From Macrostomum lignano (lineage: Eukaryota): a stretch of 64,000 bases of DNA. The stretch's first letter is position 1, and each line of letters opens with the position of its first letter. Of the stretch, positions 1 to 14,358 are shown piece after piece. The notes beneath the pieces are model-generated. The model did no database searches. It saw nothing but the letters and a program-made list of their open reading frames with translations, and had not been told where the DNA came from. The position numbers and the translations under genes were made by a program. The DNA lies in the NCBI GenBank assembly GCA_002269645.1, contig NIVC01001740.1, forward strand, positions 1 through 64,000, read 5' to 3'.

Positions 1-1144
1 TTGGCAAATAATAGACTAAATAATAAATAAATAATAATAGACTAATGGACTAAAACCGCCTAATCTCAAAATCATAGACATAGACTTTTTAGCTTTAAAA
101 GTTTACATTTATTTATGCTTAATGAAAACACTACACACAATGATTTTGCTCTAAAGCCAAGGGTTGCTGCCTCAATTTAAACAATGACAAGTTGTTTTGT
201 GCCTACGTCTAACATGGAACTGCAATATACAGCCGTGCAATACCTGACCACGCAGGTCATGCTGCTCTGCCCACCTTGTACCTACGTCTTTGACGTATTT
301 GAACCACGCAGACGCAGCGAGCGAGCATATTCATAATTTTCGCTCAACATTTTCTCAGTCAAATCGTAACTGCTTCTTGGAAATTACAATGAAAACAAAG
401 GCTTAAGCGTATTGACGAAGAAATTTACAAAAACTTTATTCCAGAAGTATTTTCGATAGTTATTTTCGATCGGTTATATTCTCAAAAAATTTATATCTAG
501 TGTTTCAAGTTTTATTCTCATTCGCATTCAGCTGAAGTTATGTGGCAGCGGCGCCCTTGTAACCAGCCAAAAAATCAGTTTTTTGCGTAGAGCATAGAAA
601 TTTCTCTATGTCTATATATACTAGACTACTGGTTGTGACTATACTTGCACAACTGGGGGGGGGGGGGCTTGTATAAATCACTTCTTGACTTCTGAATAGC
701 ATATGCAAAATTGTTTCATTCTTCTTGGATTTTTGGAAGGCTTTATTAACCAAAATTTAGAGATTCTTGTAAAATTTATGCACAATGTAGAGCTCTACGG
801 TGTAAAAATCCTATCAAAGCAGCAAAAAGGGCGGTTTTTTGTTTCAGTTCGCATTACAGACTAATTCTTAGATTTTCAGCCTGCATGAACATGCAACGAA
901 GCTAGCAAAGGCTTCTGTATAACTCCTTTACTGATTAAAGCTATCAAATCTGATCGAGATGCTGAAGCTGGCATAGTCGATCTCTGAGACATGAAAATGT
1001 GCATGCATTTTAAATTACTTTATACTTTTTTGCACACGCAATAGCTAGTAAATTTCATAGAATTTTGCTTTTGAATATATATTTATAGCTATCTGCACGT
1101 AGTCCAAAAAATGCATAAACACTGCTACTATGGATTCTAGCAGT

Positions 1145-1976
1145 CAGGGCGTCGCCATGGAATTAATAATGGGGGGGACAAAGCCATGCAATAATTCAAT
1201 ATGTACATGTACATAAAAATATACATGTAAAATGAACGCCGCAGGCACTCATTTTAGCGCCACAGGCACTCATTTTAGCGCCACAGGCACTCATTTTAGC
1301 GCTACAGGCACTCATTTTAGCGCCACAGGCACTCATTTTAGCGCCGCAGTCACTCATTTTAGCGCCGCAGTCACTCATTTTAGCGCCACAGGCTCTCATT
1401 TTAGCGCCACAGGCTCTCATTTTAGCGCCACAGGCACTCATTTTAGCGCCGCAGTCACTCATTTTAGCGCCACAGGCACTCATTTTAGCGCCACAGGCTC
1501 TCATTTTAGCGCCACAGGCTCTCATTTTAGCGCCACAGGCACTCATTTTAGCGCCGCAGGCACTCATTTTAGCGCCGCAGGCTCTCATTTTAGCGCCACA
1601 GGCACTCATTTTAGCGCCACAGGCACTCATTTTAGCGCCGCAGGCACTCATTTTAGCGCCGCAGGCACTCATTTTAGCGCCGCAGGCACTCATTTTAGCG
1701 CCGCAGGCACTCATTTTAGCGCCGCAGGCACTCATTTTAGCGCCGCAGGCACTCATTTTAGCGCCGCAGGCACTCATTTTAGCGCCGCAGGCACTCATTT
1801 TAGCGCCGCAGGCACTCATTTTAGCGCCGCAGGCTCTCATTTTAGCGCCGCAGGCACTCATTTTAGCGCCGCAGGCACTCATTTTAGCGCCGCGGGGGGA
1901 TTAAAGTCCCCCCCCCAGCTCAGCGCTTTTACTGGGGACGACATGTCCCCCTGTCCCCCCGGTGATGACGCGCCTT
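1145..1976 (+). mobile_element. hAT-like non-autonomous element (MITE) containing a 21-bp tandem array
   Basis: 8-bp direct repeat CTAGCAGT at 1137-1144 and 1977-1984. Imperfect terminal inverted repeats: CAGGGCGTCGCC...GGGGGGACA at the left, TGTCCCCC...GATGACGCGCC at the right. An 8-bp TSD with CAG-type TIRs is typical of hAT. Confidence 0.7.
1237..1893. repeat. 21-bp minisatellite (GCGCCGCAGGCACTCATTTTA), about 31 units
   Basis: Tandem array read directly; source of the spurious MSACGAK and HFSAAGT ORFs. Confidence 0.97.
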
Positions 1977-3328
1977 CTAGCAGTTCAGTATCGACTCTCC
2001 TAGAGAAATAAATATATGCATTAGTAAAAATTAAAGCCAGCAAAGAAATCCACACGTGCGCGTACTACTACTCGCTCAGATCAAGACCCCGTACGATCGA
2101 CGCTTGGCTAACAAAAAACACGGCAACTCCTTCTCTCACTTGGTCCGGTTTTAGTCTCTGGAATTTTTAAAGCTTTTGTTCGCCCAGAGCAGAACTGATC
2201 GATTTTTATTGCTCTCAGGGACTCAATATGGGGAGGTTGATCGGAGGGGTGTCCGTACAGGCTTGGGACCGAGTTGAGAGCTCAGATCTACGCGCGCTAC
2301 TGACTTCTATTCAAGCAATTCAATCGTGTAAGGAAAATCGATTTGCTAGCTTGCACACACACGGGACATACTATACTGCAGCCATTGCTCTCTAGAATTT
2401 TTTTAGCGTTTGGATTTTGCAGAGAGAGTGGCTTTTCTCTGAGAGTCTAGCATTGCCGAGAAGCAATAATTATAAAAGTCAGGCTGTTTGCTGAAGTTGG
2501 GGACCTGCAGTTGCTACACTGGTACTGCAGTCTGATTCGTTTCTTCTCGACGTTTTGATCAGTTAATAATTGTACTACTAGCCAAGAAAATCTGCAACTG
2601 AAATCGAAAATGAGCTATGCGAACAATGAATTTCTGTTTGTTACAAATCTGAATTGAATAGTTCATTCGAAAAAGTTTATCTGGATTCTGCAAGCAACGG
2701 TAAGCGCCTCATTTTCAGCTACGAGTATGCACACCCATCATGATGGCCAGCCCCCATGAAGGCACATATAGACTTGGGCAGATTTGCTGTCAGTGCTGGT
2801 TTTGTGGGACGATGTCCCGAAGGCGTTGCGCCATGCAGCAGGGTGCCCACAAATCTCCTGCAAATATTTTTGTTGATTTTTAATATTTATTATTATTTAT
2901 TATGTGTAGGAAACACGGTAACGATTAAGTGAATAATTCTAAATCTGAGAAATTTTCAAATTGGGAAAAAACTCTATAATTTGAAACAAAATGGGAGCTT
3001 TATAGACTTATATCCGAAATTTCGAACTTGTCCCGTCCTGAGTCGCTGACGCTGCAACAAACTACGGAACCGGCGATTAGGGGCGTCTGGGTGATTCGTT
3101 CGCTGCCTAACTATACTTTAGATACGATAGAAGTAATGCTTTATCAACAAGTAAAGTACTTTAATAGTTCGCCACGTACTGCGTTATTCTCATAAGTCGC
3201 AGATTAGCCGAACTCAAAACCAAAACAGACTACTGAGTTCATTTAAAAGAAGAACAAAACCAAAACGTCTTCAATCTAACAGAACATTGAACAGGCAGGC
3301 TGCTCACACTGCAGCTTCACACAGGGCG

Positions 3329-5142
3329 ATGCTGCAGTTGAACCTGACTCAAACTCGGGCTTCCAATCACTTGTGCTCGTCTGCCGCTGCATTTGGCACC
3401 AACGAGGGCTGCGGCTTGGACCTCATCGACTCTGTGGCGTCAAGCATAGAGGCGCAGCTGGACCAGCTGCTGTTGATGCTCACAAACAACAACAATAACA
3501 ACAACAACAACAACAACAACAGAAAGGGCAATAAGAATGGACCGAAGCTTCATCAGCTTGGCTTCAGCGGCGATGAGGACGAAACGGACGACGAACAAAC
3601 CGAGTGGCGACCTGGCAGCAGCTCAGCCGGCCAAGTCGACGCCGAGACTCTGCGCCGCTACGTGAACTCTCTGCGCTGGTGCCCCACAGGCGGCGGCTGC
3701 AGTAACAGCGGAGCCAACGGTCACAGCCAGAAGACAAACGGCTGCGGCAACGAGTTGACGCTGCGACACCTGAGACAGCGCTTCCGACCGGATGTTACTA
3801 GAGCCTATCTAGCCTTGAAAGCGGCCGAATTGGTGGGCGATTTTAGTGGAGCTGATGCCGAACAGGTCGACTGTAGTTGCGAAGAAAAGGTGAGCCTAGT
3901 TTCGAATGCAACACTGGGTCTCTGGTGAATGGTTCAGCTTGACTATTTAGTGGTTGAACGACAGTTAGCATTTGGGTGTTCATCTTGGGCTTGCTTGTTG
4001 CAGGGGGTTTGGGCTTTGCTATGATTCAAGGCGGCAGTCGACTATCAGTCAGGGTGAAGGCAAACAGTCATTATAAAATCACAAAGAGGGGCACTTTCAC
4101 TTTCAGGGGCAAACCTGAAGTAAATCACACAAGTCAACTTATTGTGACCGCGAACGGAATAGAACACAGGAGCTGATGATGACGTAACTTTTGTCATAAA
4201 ATAATCGACTATCTCAATATTCCAATCCAATCCCAGGCATTCTCACTGCACTTCCACGGAGCAGACAGCTGGTGCGACCTCGTTGCAGTCATTGCAGCTC
4301 TGTCTGAATCTGACCAGCAACTGCGACTGGCTGTCGTCTGCTTCTGCGAAGAGCCCGCGCTGCTGCCGCACTTGGAATTCCTCCGAGAGGCCATCCTGAC
4401 CTCGGGCCTGACTAGGGGCTGTCGCGTCGAGTCCATGCGCCTGTCGTCTCGTCCAGTGACCGCCGAAGACCTTCGTCTGGCTGCAACGTTTCAAGCGCGC
4501 GACCTCGGCCAGGACCCGCCGGCCCTGATCGGGTTCCTCAGCCAGCGCAGCGCACTGCAAGCCTCGCGCAACGTCTGGCGCGAGTTGCAGCGCCTGCATC
4601 GCAGGCTGTACGTCGTAACGGCAGGTGCACCACCGAGCGCTCTTCTCAGACAGAGCCTGCAACGATGCGACTTCGAGGATCGAACCAGCGGATGCGGCCT
4701 GCAGTCGTGGCGCTTCGTCCAGCGCAAGCAAAAAAATCTACCAAAGTCGCGTACTGCATCGTCTAGCGACGAACAGACCGTGTCGGTTCGGGAAAAACTC
4801 GGCGTCCTAGTGGCATCTATCGTGCTCTTGGCTATTTTTGCTCAACTACTGGTCCGGCCGCTGTCAGTGATGACCTTCGCGTGGTCCGCAGTACTATGCC
4901 TTGGCGCCGGGTGCATCCTAGCCAGCGTGTTCTTCCTCCACCTAGCTCTGGCATCGATGATCGGCTGTCTGGAGGCCAACCTGGAGAGATGCGTTCGCCA
5001 GGGACGCTTCGAGTGGCGTCGTTGCCAGGCTCGCGCTGGCCCGGCGGCTTGCGTGATCGGCTGGCTGATCTCCATCGCGGCTGGAGCTGTGCAGGTGGCT
5101 GCTGGAGGCGGCGAAAATCGATCACTGCGGCGGAGACAGTGA
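3329..5142 (+). CDS. Uncharacterised protein of about 488 aa, 2 exons (3329-3889, 4237-5142), with C-terminal hydrophobic segments and a poly-Asn tract
   Basis: ATG at 3329; phase-0 donor AAG|GTGAG at 3889 joins phase-0 acceptor CCCAG|GCA at 4237 in frame with ORF 4372-5142; GC-rich coding-like composition; (AAC)n at 3484-3520; 2-3 predicted TM stretches. No family recognised. Confidence 0.6.
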
Positions 5143-8100
5143 CTAGTTCATAGATAAAGTCAGTCAACTTCTCAGATATCACCAGATTGGCCACTTCCTT
5201 AGTTATTGGGACTACAATCAACTGAGCTAATCATTTAGAGGTTTTCCTACAAATTCGGAAACTCACTGTAGTCAAACAAAATGTAACGTCTCATCGCGAG
5301 ATTTTATCTTAGTTTGCACCTATAGTATACGGGAAATCACAGAAAATACACAGAATGCTCAACGATGGTTCCGACTACAAAAAAATTAAATTCGTGCAGC
5401 CTACTTATATTATAAGCTTCATCAGTAGTACGAATAAAAATTATGAAAATTGAGAATTGCTTAATTTTTCTTCACAATGAGACCAGCTAGTGCAAGGATG
5501 ATAGTAACTCTTGTGCAAGAAATTTCTCGAAACGCGTCATTGATCATGCTGTGTACATTCTGTGGCAGGAAATGACGGGCCTGCAGCCATCCTGCTAAGT
5601 CTCGTTATAGCAAATCTTCAGTTAGCACTTCAAAGCGCCCACTTCACACTTGTAGGTCCGCCCAGTGTCTTATTGACTGTGCCCAGCCTTAAGCTAGCGA
5701 AGAATTTCTCGTTCTGTGGTTGCTTGGTGATTTTTAATTCAATTCGATTAGGCTAACAAAATGTTGACCTAAGAGACTGCTATTGAAGGGTCTGAACAAA
5801 TAAGGGGGATCTGTTCAATATTACTTTGAAATACGAAGTACACGTACTGGACGCCGTGACAAGAAACGTATAGGTTTATATCAGTCTTAAATGACACGAA
5901 TCATACATAGCTATGAAGAAATTATTTTGCATGCAATCATATTTACTCATTGTTACCGACAGATATTTACGCGTCAGAAATTTTCCGAACAATCATCTAA
6001 GCTATACCACAAAAAAGTTCGAATTTCGAATTTCGCTGTGCGCGTTCAAAACGCTACAGAAATTCCGTAGCCCTCGAGGAGTCGCGTGTCGACCGATCCG
6101 GCAACTTTCATTCGTTTACTCATTTCATAAGAAACTTTTCCAAACTGAAATTTAAGGATGTGGCTGTTTAAATTAGCAATCATTTGTTTGTTATAATAAT
6201 GTGCCACTTTATTGAATTCCATGCCCTCAAATGCACGACCTCAGTCACTTTTGCCATCATCGCGTCATTTTTAATCGTAAAGCCGCGCCTGCGGTTCTAA
6301 TATAAAATTTAGCTCGAAAAAATTTAAAGCAAAAATTCAACTATTTTTCTGGCATGTCACAATAATCAAATTTTCGCACCTTCAAGTTCCCAAGTTTACG
6401 AATTAGTCGCGCTGACGCACTCCTCAATCAGTTTTTTTTCTGAGCACTGCACGCTTTAGATAACTGAGTCAATTATGATTGAATTTATTATTAATTCAAT
6501 TCCTATATTGATCGTTTTCGTCATGGATATTTTCCTATAGTTTCAGCACTTTCAACCTAAACACGGTTTCATAATCATAATGCACTAAAACTCTACCAGC
6601 TAGATTGCTGCTCAAAAGCGTTTGTATAGCTAAGTATATTGCTAAGCGTATATGAGACCAATTTTGGTTTGCGGTGAAAGCTTATAATTGACTTACAACC
6701 GAGCACTGTGTTGCGTTTATTTTTTTATTTTGAAAATTACTGAATGAAAAGAATAAGCTCGATACCAAAATTTAAACTACGTACTATCCAATCAATGGCT
6801 GTTTATAACTCAAGATTATGGACCCGATTGCAAATTGTGTTCTCTGAGATGCACAATAACACACTGCGTCAACAGAATCTATAGCCTTAGGGCTATTTTA
6901 ACTGTGACAATCAGCTCAAATGCCTAGATAGCTATTTCACAATAATTGAAAGAACCGGTCTCGCTTAGAAACACGTGCGCAAATTGCTTGTAAAATTTGT
7001 TTTGCACGTCTTCAGTTGAGTTATGAGTTGAAAGCTAGGAGGGGGGGGGGGCGAATGTTGGGTAAGAAGAAGAGATGGACTTCTTCTGAGTATGGGTCGA
7101 GCAGACAGCTTTGAGACCTATTTTGCTACAGAAGTAGCCACGCAGTCCAGCATCTCGAAGTCCGCTCTGCCCCGGGGGCGCACACACGGGGTTGAAACAC
7201 AGCGTCGCACAATGAATGAACCGCATGCAGGTGTATTCAGAATTCAAGTATAGACAGAGATTTTGCAGATGGAGAAAGAAATATAGCCTATTGTTTTGCT
7301 AGCCTCTTCCATTCTTCTGCAGAACTATACAGGTTTAAGACTCTTAGGGCTGTAGAGTTGCTTCAGTCAACCAAGCATGACTCGGCTCTCCCAGCCTTCT
7401 TCTACAGTCGAATGCCTTTTTGTGCCATGGCTAAGAAAAGTTTGAGCAGACAGCCGACACCGCAGCACAATGAGCCGACCTGCACACCAGAATCTGCTCA
7501 GAGGCTTATAAATTTGGCTGGTTATTGTCTGCGAGAAGAATCACAGCAGCACGACATCAACAGCTGGCAGAGTCTGCTTAATTCAAGGGCGAATATTCAA
7601 TAATTCAATTATTACAATGCAAGTCAAAATGAGTGCAGGTAAGAATTGTATTGCATCTTCGGTCCTACTTGCTAATTGAAAATTCTAACCCCAATTCTTA
7701 TCACTATTTGCAGCCAAATAAAGAATTCTTACAGTGAAAAACATTCGAAAGGTTTACAGCACAGGTCATGTGACTTTGGTTCACTAGCTAACTAGAAAAT
7801 TTCAAGTATGTATAGATTAAATAGACATGCAGCCGAACATGGTGCAGTTTTGCAACATGCGGGCGTGACTTTGTTATCAGCTGGCTTAATCTGGTTAATT
7901 CCATTGTGGGCCCCGCATGGTCGCTACGGGTGCACATAACCGGCAATCGCAGTCAGATAGAAGAGACAAGTTTTAATCAAGCCTACCATTTCACAGCCAG
8001 ACAGCAGCGTTCACGTTTACAAACAACAACTCCGACTCAAACCAGTTTTTTGGTCATTTAGTCAACCAGCCATTGCTAGCAGCTATCCTTAAGCTCCCAG

Positions 8101-8791
8101 AAAATAAAAGAGCCACCACAGAGAGAAGTGTCTCTAGAGACTTTCTTAAGCATATCGCTTTCAAGCAAAGCTGCAGTCTCACCATTCAGTAGGTGAACAC
8201 CCTTAGAGCGTTTTTGCATCGACCATAACTTTGAACACAGACTGCCGCATGACGATCAGAAGCCGAGCCGCCTACAGCCTCACCAAACGAAGAAGAAATC
8301 ACATATTCGCCGCGACTAACAATAATTATTATAATAAAAAGGAGTCGCTGTTAACAACAAAAACTTAGACTTTGTCAATCAATACTCAATATTTTCGTTT
8401 GCCCCGTTTTTCTACCGTTCCGTTCGAAACCCACCTGCATCGCTAGTTGCTCATTCTGCTCTGTTTCTTCCGAAACTAAAGAAAAAATTACATTGAGTAA
8501 TATGATTCTGAGCTGCAGAATCCCCCAAATTAACCCGGCTGTTGGTAAGTCATTTCTTAGATAATTATACAAACTGGGTCACTCATGGCACTGATTTCAT
8601 CCGGGCATCTTTTTAAAACACTAAGCGTGTCTTCTTTACTTTCAAATTGGTTCTGAGTATTTTGTCGATGACCAAGATCCACAAAATCAGGTGCAGAACT
8701 TCGCTCCCTAAAGTGTACAAATCTGTAGAGTGACTTAACGAGCAATAGGAAGAGGAGGTGAGGTGAGAAAAAGTTCAAGGATTTGAAGATT

Positions 8792-11700
8792 ATGACAGAC
8801 ATTTTGAGCGCAGGTAAAGAACACTATCGTAGTTGTAACAACGAGACGATAAGATGTGAGCTCTTGAATAATTAACTTCATTACTTACCTTCTTTATCCT
8901 TACCGAGCAGCCGAGAAGCCGATCAAACTGCTGGGCGTGAACCCCCATTTCCGGCACAACGGGTTCCATCACTACACTGAGCAGTACGACATCAACACCG
9001 AGCACACCGGCCTGGTTGTTCGTCGCGGCGCTCCGTTCCGTTTGGACTTTCGATTCGACAACGATATTGACGATTACGACTTGCTGACTGTGCACCTGGC
9101 CGCCGAAGATTATGGGGCTGAGCATCTCAAGTTCCAATGGAAGGTCAAGGAGGTGCGTTGAAAGCGTGTCTTCTTGTATTTGAACTTGTCCATGGGTAGA
9201 TTCTGCATTAACTGGTGTCTCTTGTTGGGTAATACTCTTACGTCCTTGATCTCTGGGCTACTATATAATATTTTCAAGCAGACAAATGATGACTAAGGAC
9301 AACATCTTTCCGTTTTGGAAAACTTGTTATGGACACCTGTTATGCGGTAGCCTAGTGGTCGATTAGCAGTCGGACTGCTACTGCAGTGTCTTTGCAGCTT
9401 TGGGGCTGGCACGGCGAAGTTAAGGAGAGATGACTGCGGTTAGTACACAGCTGCTTGAGTCACCCCTTAGTGAATGACCAGTTAAGCTGACAACTAATAC
9501 CTATGGCTACGGTTAAAATGCCTCTGGGTTGGCAAATATTAGGCTACAAAAAACTATATTGTAAAACAAAGCACAAACCCACAACTTCAGAGTCCTCGCA
9601 AGTTTTTACTGGACGACACGAATTCAGCGCCGATTCAAATATTTCGGGTGAGTTTTGTTATATGCAAAAACGGACTCGTTTCAATTGGAACGTTTTTGCT
9701 TGTTTACTTTATAGTTAATAGCAATTTTTGATAGTTTACAATTGTTCTATCTTCGAATCGAAATTGCCACCTTCAGGTGATTCAAAAAGCCGACAAGCGC
9801 ACCGTCACGGTGATTTTTTATAGCCGAGTCAACGCCGTGGTGTCCAAGTACAACATCACCGGGGTGAGCGTCTGGCGCAGCCGCAACGAGTACTTCTCAA
9901 CCGAGATCAACTTCCCCATCTACCTAATCTTCAATCCGTTTCACGAAGGTAGGAGTTAGCGATCAACTTCCCGTCAAACGTCCTCCTAAATTAGTTGTTC
10001 ATAATTTGGACGTGTTACATGTACATATTCGCACTACCTGTAGTCCTTGGCAAGTGTACGCAATTTCGGTAGAAGGCTCTGCCACAGTCACCCACAACCT
10101 CCCGACTCTTGCCCAACCTCTCTAGACGATCTGGTCTACATGACTAAGGAAGATGAGCGTCAGGAGTACGTGCTGCAGGATGAGGGTCGCGTGTACTTTG
10201 GCTCGTCCAGGAAAATCGGCAGTCGCCCCTGGTACTTTGCCCAGGTAGGTTATTAGCCTCTCGAGTATCGAATTTGCGGGATGAAACGCTCCTATAGTTC
10301 CTATTGTCTGAAAAAGAAAATGACAGGTTTTTTTAATTCCATGACACGGCAGCCGCTTAGGAAAGTGCCAGTAGTTTTCCAAGTCACACGACGGCGCTAA
10401 GAGATCGCGTCAGAAAAGTTGCCCGTGGAATTTCGCGCACAGCTCGCTTGGATGCGTGCTGTCTGCCGTAGAATAGATTAAGGCACTTCACAGATTAGGG
10501 GCCCGTTCTATAAAGCCAGCATAAGATAAGATCATTCTTAGCTCCTATCTCCGCAGTGTAAAAGTTCCGACGTACGATCGAACTTACGCTACGACAGCTT
10601 TATAGTACGACCGACCCCTAGATCTTTGGTTGCACGGTGTCAGCAATACATTTCAGTACTTGAAAACTCCGCCTGCAAGCAACGGTTTTCGCGCTGACTA
10701 AAACAAATTAAGTTAACTGCAAAGAGATATGTCACAAAATAAAAAATGTTTTACACTATGCCAGCTATGTTTCACCCGTAACCGTACCTTTCCAGATACC
10801 TCATTTGGACACCTCCTCAAATGAATTTCAACCTATCTCATAAGATGTCTCACAAGATATTTCTTTAAATACTTCATAAGACGCTTATTCAGATACTTTT
10901 CCAATACCTCAAGTGATACTTTACAATATGCCTCATAGCTTATCTTAAGAGATACCTCACAGAATGCCTCTTTGACTACTCATTTCGATAGCTCTTCAGA
11001 TACCTTGACAAATACGTTAGAAGGTGTCGAATAAAATACCTCACAGATCGCATTGTTAGGGGCATCAAAGTCTTTATTGATGAATTCTCAATTCTCAAAC
11101 CAAGCAATTCCATCAATTCCAAACCCAGTTCGAAAACCCGGTCCTCTCTTGCGCCCTGCTGCTGCTCGCCAAGTCCAGCCTGAAGTGGGAGAACTGGGGC
11201 GATCCGGTCCTGGTTGCGCGCACCCTGTCCGCCATGGTCAACAACGTTGATGACGATGGACTTCTAGTTGGCAACTGGTCTGGCAACTACAGCGGAGGCG
11301 TGGCGCCCACCGAGTGGAAGGGCAGCCTACGCATCATTGAGGAGTACTTCCGCACTCAGACTCCGGTGCAGTTCGGTCAGTGCTGGGTCTTCTCCGGCTG
11401 CATGACATCGCGTGAGTTACCTGCGCCAGCAGCAATGTTGATCGATTATTATGCCATCTATTTAAAGTTTATCCCAGGACTTCTTTAGAATATATAACTA
11501 CCGACTTAAAGAAATTTAAAAAAAAACGATAACAAAAATTGTAGTCGCTCGTTCCCTGGGCATCCCGTGTCGCAGCGTCACCAACTTCGACTCGGCCCAC
11601 GACACGGACGCCAATCTGACCGTCGACAACTATTTCGACGACTCGTACATGCCGATTACGGACCGGAACTCCGATTCGGTCTGGTGAGTTGCAGCTCTGC

Positions 11701-13808
11701 AGTCTAACTGAAAACGTTAAACGATGGAGGGTCATTGTCACTTTCACACACACGGTGTATGCTCTTCCATGTATGGTAATAAGTGTGTAATAGTAGGATT
11801 TTAGTCAATGAAGCCAACGTAGCCCATCATAGGCAGACACGAAATAGTTTAGAAGATAGTTGAATCTTAATCAACCAAGCTACACCCGGATAGAACAAGC
11901 AACCAAAAAACTAAATGCGCTTGAAACCTTGACGTGGCAGGAACTTCCACGTGTGGAACGACCTCTGGATGCGCCGGCCCGATCTGGCTGAGAACGGCGA
12001 ATTCGACGGCTGGCAGGCCATCGATGCCACTCCGCAGGAGACCAGCGAGGACATCTATCAGACCGGGCCCTGCTCGCTCAACGCTATTAAACGCGGCTTG
12101 GTTAACCTGCAGTTCGACGGCAAGTTTGTTTTCGCCGAGGTGAACGCTTGCATCAAGCACTGGGCGATCGGCAAGGACGGCAGCCGGAAGGAGATCTTCT
12201 CCGATCCGCGCAAAGTCGGCCAGAGCATCAGCACCAAAGCTGTCGGCTCCGACGAGCGCCAGGACGTGACACACCAGTACAAGTACAACGAAGGCACCCC
12301 GGAGGAGGAGGAGGCATTCAAGTGCGCCGAGAGTCAGCTCAACGTGGCCGCCTGCGACAGGACAAACGACGCCGCTAAGGAGCGCTACATCCGGTTGAGT
12401 CTGAACGCGCCCAACACCTGCCTGTTCGGCAGCAACCTGGATATTGGCCTGGAGATGAGAAACCAATCTAAACAGGTGGTGCAACTCCAGTACACGGCCA
12501 CCGTGACTATTAAGAAGTACAATGGCCACATTATGGGCACTGTTAAACAAGAGAAGGATTCGCTGAACATCCGTGCTGGAGCTAGTAAGACTTTTGCTTG
12601 TCTGGCTGGACCGTAAAGTTCTGTTTCAGTCATTGTCTACTCTTTCTATTGATTTTAACCATCTTCCCCCACAGCCAAGACCATGAAGCTCTCCGTAGCC
12701 GCCGAGGACTACGTGAAAGACTGTGGTACCGAAGAGTTCGGCTTCGAGATTGTCGCTGTGCTGACAGACGCGGATGGTCGCAAGCAAGTGTCCCAGTCTA
12801 TCATCCACGTGACTCGGCCTGATGTGCTCATCGAAGTGAGTACATAACAAAATGATTTTTTCTATGTGATTTTTATCTGAGATACAATTTTTAAAGTAGT
12901 ATGATTTGATTATTTCAGCTGACGGGCGAGCTGAAGCAGAACAAGGACTTCCGTCTGAACTGCTCATTCATGAATCCGCTGCCGATCAACCTCACCGGCT
13001 GCGCCTTCTCAGTTGACGGTCCAGGCCTTCGCGGCCAGCTGGCCGACTATCCGGTCAGGTGAGGCCTCTGTTGCACTACTATTAGCAGTATAGAGCATGT
13101 AAAACCCATGTAAAACCTGCCAAGTAGCCCTGTGTAGCCTCAGTAAGTTTGCATATCTTTGTGTTATTACGCTTAGTGTGACTGTGGCCGTGGCTCTTAT
13201 TGTGACTGTAAATGAATGTGACTCTTTTTGTGACTGTGAATGTGATTCTGATTGGGACTGTGAATGAATGTGACTCTTATTGTGACTGTGAATGTGACTC
13301 TTATTGTGACTGGGAATGTGATGATTCTGATTGTGACTGTAAATGAATGTGACTCTTATTGTGACTGTGAATGTGATTCTGTTTGTGACTGTGAATGTGA
13401 TTCTGATTGTGACTGTGAATGAATGTGACTCTAAATGTGACTGTGAATGAGACTCTAAATGTGGCTGTGAATGTGACTCTTATTGTGACTGTGAATGAAT
13501 GTGACTCTTAATGTGACTGTGAATAGTCAACGAAAGCACTAGCGTACCATTCTTTGCATCTAGAGCATCAGTGCTCACACAGCAATGCACTCACATACCC
13601 TCAAACAAACTTCCACAGCGACTTGGCACCGGGCCAAACCGCCAAGTGCTCTCTGACGCTGAACCCGGCCAGGGCCGGCCAGCGCAAATTCGTGGTGTCG
13701 TTCAACTCGGCCGAGCTCAAGGGCGCCTACTGTGAGCAGCCGGTCGTGGTGGTTCCGGATCCCGGAAGCGAGAACGGTGGCCTGCTGGAGGCGGACATCC
13801 GGCCTTGA
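8792..13808 (+). CDS. TGM: Protein-glutamine gamma-glutamyltransferase (transglutaminase), 10 exons
   Basis: Exons 8792-8813, 8911-9152, 9777-9948, 10126-10244, 11129-11411, 11545-11683, 11941-12584, 12675-12835, 12919-13058, 13619-13808, all GT-AG and phase-consistent. Motifs: LVVRRG, GQCWVF (catalytic Cys at 11381), LGIPCRSVTNFDSAHD, WNFHVWND (His), GWQAIDATPQE (Asp), C-terminal beta-barrels. Confidence 0.96.
10499..10618. mobile_element. Small MITE, possibly PIF/Harbinger-like, in transglutaminase intron 4
   Basis: Inverted ends GGGCCCGTTCTATAAAGC and GCTTTATAGTACGACCGACCCC, flanked by TAG on both sides (possible 3-bp TSD). Confidence 0.45.
13170..13530. repeat. Degenerate minisatellite (GTGACTCTTATT / GTGACTGTGAAT) in transglutaminase intron 9
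   Basis: Tandem 12-bp-based units; the same family occurs at 14300-14358 and 18125-18295. Confidence 0.85.
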
Positions 13809-14358
13809 GTGAAGAAGTGTTCTAGAAAATCAATTAGTGAAAACTTGCCATGGAAATATGAAGGTTTCTTGGCTGCAACTAAGCTATCTATACATTAATT
13901 ATTAATCATTAGCAAATTATCTAGCTATGGTAACTGCTTGTTCTGCCAGTCTCGCCCAAAGTACTTGATTATTGTAATCCAAGTTTTATATTACTAGCTA
14001 GATATGGTACTGTCATTACAGATTTCTAAACCCCATAAAACTTCTAACCAATCATGTTAGCTAAAATTTATTTTTTTTAAGTATATGATGACCCTTCAAA
14101 TTAATGATAATGTACCAGCCCTGCCCAAGATACATTAAAATTATAATTTAATCCATTTTACAGTAGCTAGCGCTAATTAGAAATTAATTTATCAGCTTCA
14201 ATCGTCACCCCCCAAATGTAGCACAATAAAAAAAAATACTAATTACTCGTAATTATCCAAACTGTGCGATGAATTCGTTCAGCTATTTTTTATTTCTACT
14301 GATTTTTGTGATTCTCATTGTGACTCTTATTGTGACTGTGGCTTTGATTCTAATTGTG

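Noticed and set aside
1196-2011. MSACGAK / HFSAAGT repeat proteins, and similar ORFs at 23949-24616, 26888-28255, 32861-33391, 40269-41252, 47054-47547, 49613-50524, 52267-53066 and 56443-57114
   Set aside because: All coincide with minisatellites or low-complexity tracts in introns or MITEs.
7050-7603. Moderately GC-rich segments that might be exons
   Set aside because: The splice combination tried hit an early stop; no recognisable motif.
11867-12633. Long antisense ORFs over transglutaminase exon 7 (likewise over CERT, Gypsy and eIF3k exons)
   Set aside because: Shadow ORFs expected from GC-rich codon usage on the coding strand.
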